Under the pieces are notes generated by a model. That model was not told the origin of the DNA. It saw only the letters and a list, made by a program, of their open reading frames with translations, and did not search any database. 64,000 bases of DNA. It comes from a virus. Made by a program: the position numbers and the translations under genes. Where the stretch lies: the IMG/VR virus record IMGVR_UViG_3300045988_101835. One strand, written 5' to 3'. This document shows, piece by piece, positions 61,850-64,000 of the stretch (position 1 is its first letter; the number at the start of each line of letters is the position of its first letter).

Positions 61850-61863
61850 GCAATTATATATCC
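61850..61863 (+). promoter_or_regulatory. Late-gene motif GCAATTATATATCC
   Basis: Exact copy 2 nt after the terminator tail and 23 nt before the ATG at 61887. Confidence 0.45.
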
Positions 61864-61886
61864 TATAAATATTTATCAGGGTTACT

Positions 61887-64000
61887 ATGGCAAAGAAATC
61901 GCTCAAGACGGCTCGTCTTGCTTTGGAGACGTCGCCTACGCCGAAGGCTTCTGGGGATGTTCCTACGCAGACGGTTACGCCGTTGAATGATCTTCCTATT
62001 CTCATATCGTCTACGGGTCAGAATGTCAATCTGGACACGTCTTTTGTTGTAGGTTACGCTCATGATTCTACGGGATCGCCTTATGCTGTTCGCATGACGC
62101 TTCGCCAGCTTATGGCCTACGTCGGTGGGTCTGGTGGTTCGGACGGTAGCGGTGGAGGTAGTGGTGAGCCGGGTGCTACGGGTGACTACACATCCTTTGC
62201 CTTCAAGAAGAGTGATGATCAACCTGCCACGCCACAGAGTTCGAGTCCGCTTCCTGCGGGTTGGTCTGTGCTTCCGGATAGTGACGGTAAGTGGTGGATT
62301 TCGAGTTCTAAGGTTTCGGGTTCCACGAATACGACGTATGGTGGCTGGGGTCTTCCTCAGCCTATTACCGCGGAGGATGGTGCTCCGGGGTCTATGGGTC
62401 CGGCGGGTCCTTTCATTGAGACACGCTACGCTGCTAATAATAGCTATACGGAGGCTCCTGCGTTAGCCAATCCTGCACTTCGTGATCCGGAGGGGTGGGT
62501 TGTCGGCAGTCAGTTTGATGCTGGTGACTTGAAGGCCGTATGGACTATCAATGCTAAGATTTCGTCGGAGACGGATGCCTTGATGACTAATTGGTCTACG
62601 CCTTTCTGCCTTACGGGCGGTGTTCCGGATTATCAGATCAACCGTTTTAAGAAGAGCGACACGGCGCCGTCGGCTCCTACGTCTCAGTCTCAGAATCCGT
62701 CGGGTTGGTTGGAGGCTCCTGATTCTACGGGTAAGTGGTGGATGACGGTTGGCTTGGTTAATGGCGCTGACGGTCTTGTTAAGGGCTGGTCTACGCCTAT
62801 TCAGGCTACGGGTGAGGATGGTGTTGCTTCGGATTATTACAACTTCAAATATGCTGTCAATCAGGACCCGAATAATGCTCCTGCTGTAAATTCGACGAGT
62901 ACCGATCCGGGTGAGGCTTGGGGCGACATTGTTCCTACTACGAATAAGGGTTGGTATTTGTGGATGATTATTGGAAAATTCCACGAGGGTAAGTTGGAAG
63001 GTAACTGGTCTACTCCTGTTCGTTTGACGGGTCAGGATGGCACTAATGGTACTAACGGTACTGATGGTACGGATGGTCATACGATTACTTCTCGTTATCA
63101 GATTACGAGTAGTCCGGATGACACGCCTAGTGTTAACCGCACGAATGCCAATCCGGGTTCTTTGTGGGCTGTTTCTGTAGATACTCCTGAGCTTGGTGAG
63201 GCCGTCTGGATGATTACTGCAGAGTTTACGGGTTCCGGGTCGCTTGTCGGCGAGTGGCAGGGTCCGTTCTGTATGACGGGTACGAAGGGTGAGCCGGGCA
63301 CCTCTCCTACGCCGCCTAATTATACTTTCACGGTTTATGCTAAGAGTTCCTCGCAGCCGAGTGCTCCTGTGTCTCTTGATCCGGATGATTACAGTCCTTC
63401 GACTACTCCGTGGATGACGATTCCGGATTCGTCGGATGGCACTTGGTGGCAGTGTCTTGGTGTTGTTCTGGGGTCCACGGGTAAGGTTGATGAGTGGGGT
63501 TCTGTTTTGCCTTTGAATGGTAAGGACGGTACTGCTCAGAATGGCCGAGAGTCACGTCTTATCTTCAAGAAGACGAATAGCTGGTCGGAGGCTCCTGCTT
63601 TGGATACGAGTGCTGTGAATCCTCCGGGTTGGACTACGGATCAGTCTTCGTTGATGCCGCTTGGGGATGATGAGTACCTCTGGATGTCTTCGGGTATCAT
63701 TGAGTCTACGGGTACTTCTATGTACCAGCCGTGGAGTACTCCTTGCTGCATCACTGTTCCGGGTCCTCAGGGTCAGCAGGGTCCTATTGGTGAGACGGGT
63801 AATCCGGGCGCTATGGGTCCGTCAGGGGTTCCGGGGGTTAGTATTGAGATTCGTTATAGTTTAGGGTCAGCTACTGCTTCCCTTGCTGCCGCTCCGGTTG
63901 GTAATGTTCGCAATCCGGAGGGCTGGTCTCTCACGCCGCCTACGCCGTCTTCGGGTGATGAGACGAACATTTACATTTGGTTTGTTCAGGCTCGGTTGAC
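61887..64000 (+). CDS. Tail fibre with collagen-like G-X-Y tracts and at least seven tandem ~65-75-aa modules (3' partial; absent from the ORF track)
   Basis: My manual translation from ATG 61887 found no stop before the window edge. G-X-Y tracts include GEDGAPGSMGPAGP, GQDGTNGTNGTDGTDG and GPQGQQGPIGETGNPGAMGPSGVPG. The repeated module is FKKSD..P..P...GW...PDS.GKWWM.....W..P. Confidence 0.75.
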   Translation, partial: MAKKSLKTARLALETSPTPKASGDVPTQTVTPLNDLPILISSTGQNVNLDTSFVVGYAHDSTGSPYAVRMTLRQLMAYVGGSGGSDGSGGGSGEPGATGDYTSFAFKKSDDQPATPQSSSPLPAGWSVLPDSDGKWWISSSKVSGSTNTTYGGWGLPQPITAEDGAPGSMGPAGPFIETRYAANNSYTEAPALANPALRDPEGWVVGSQFDAGDLKAVWTINAKISSETDALMTNWSTPFCLTGGVPDYQINRFKKSDTAPSAPTSQSQNPSGWLEAPDSTGKWWMTVGLVNGADGLVKGWSTPIQATGEDGVASDYYNFKYAVNQDPNNAPAVNSTSTDPGEAWGDIVPTTNKGWYLWMIIGKFHEGKLEGNWSTPVRLTGQDGTNGTNGTDGTDGHTITSRYQITSSPDDTPSVNRTNANPGSLWAVSVDTPELGEAVWMITAEFTGSGSLVGEWQGPFCMTGTKGEPGTSPTPPNYTFTVYAKSSSQPSAPVSLDPDDYSPSTTPWMTIPDSSDGTWWQCLGVVLGSTGKVDEWGSVLPLNGKDGTAQNGRESRLIFKKTNSWSEAPALDTSAVNPPGWTTDQSSLMPLGDDEYLWMSSGIIESTGTSMYQPWSTPCCITVPGPQGQQGPIGETGNPGAMGPSGVPGVSIEIRYSLGSATASLAAAPVGNVRNPEGWSLTPPTPSSGDETNIYIWFVQARL

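Noticed and set aside
7846-61863. The repeated 14-mer GCAATTATATATCC as a CRISPR-like or other repeat array.
   Set aside because: Copies are kilobases apart with irregular spacing and always lie just upstream of start codons. This behaviour fits a promoter or regulatory motif, not an array. No CRISPR array is present in the window.
1-64000. Assigning the phage to the crAss-like podoviruses, prompted by the BACON domains and the Bacteroides-type signals.
   Set aside because: The tail module contains gpX-, gpV-, gp25/W- and J-like baseplate genes and a tape-measure-like gene, which is a P2/Mu-type organisation. No giant crAss-type virion RNAP signature was seen. Taxonomy beyond 'tailed phage of a probable Bacteroidota host' is not supported from this window.

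Overview
This window is a 64-kb stretch of a tailed dsDNA phage genome transcribed entirely from the + strand. The + strand is strongly G+T-rich and A-poor. That composition explains the many stop-free off-frame and minus-strand ORFs in the track, which I treat as artefacts.

The host is probably a Bacteroidota bacterium. Five very similar promoters fit the Bacteroides -33 TTTG / -7 TAnnTTTG rule, and BACON-like and FN3 virion proteins are present.

Gene order:
- 1-16.8 kb: a P2/Mu-like tail and baseplate module (tube-like protein, tape-measure-like protein, M23 peptidase, gpX/LysM-like, gpV-like spike, gp25/W-like, J-like, fibre proteins).
- 16.9-20.5 kb: SNF2-type helicase, a compositionally foreign DNA methyltransferase, and a holin-like protein.
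- 20.7-22.5 kb: early genes.
- 22.55-25.03 kb: a tRNA and structured-RNA island.
- 25.1-38.7 kb: replication genes, including a DnaB-like helicase, a CHC2 zinc-finger protein and a family-A DNA polymerase.
- After 38.7 kb: more early genes, BACON/FN3 surface proteins, an M15 endolysin, a sigma-like protein, an RNA/DNA-ligase-like protein, and a collagen-repeat tail fibre that runs off the window and is missing from the ORF track.

The most unusual content is selfish or regulatory:
1. The polymerase gene carries four intein modules. One is a natural split intein that breaks the gene at TAG-TGT-ATG. Two others abut each other, and the first of those has no N-terminal nucleophile.
2. There are four intact but diverged TnpB-only elements plus one solo right end. 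They have imperfect terminal inverted repeats and covarying omega-RNA-like hairpins.
3. The roughly 2.5-kb RNA island holds four type-II tRNAs, including two Ser tRNAs with A34 anticodons, interleaved with long structured spacers.
4. A conserved GCAATTATATATCC motif follows terminators and precedes late genes, and a candidate phage sigma-like protein is encoded nearby.

I found no rRNA and no CRISPR array.
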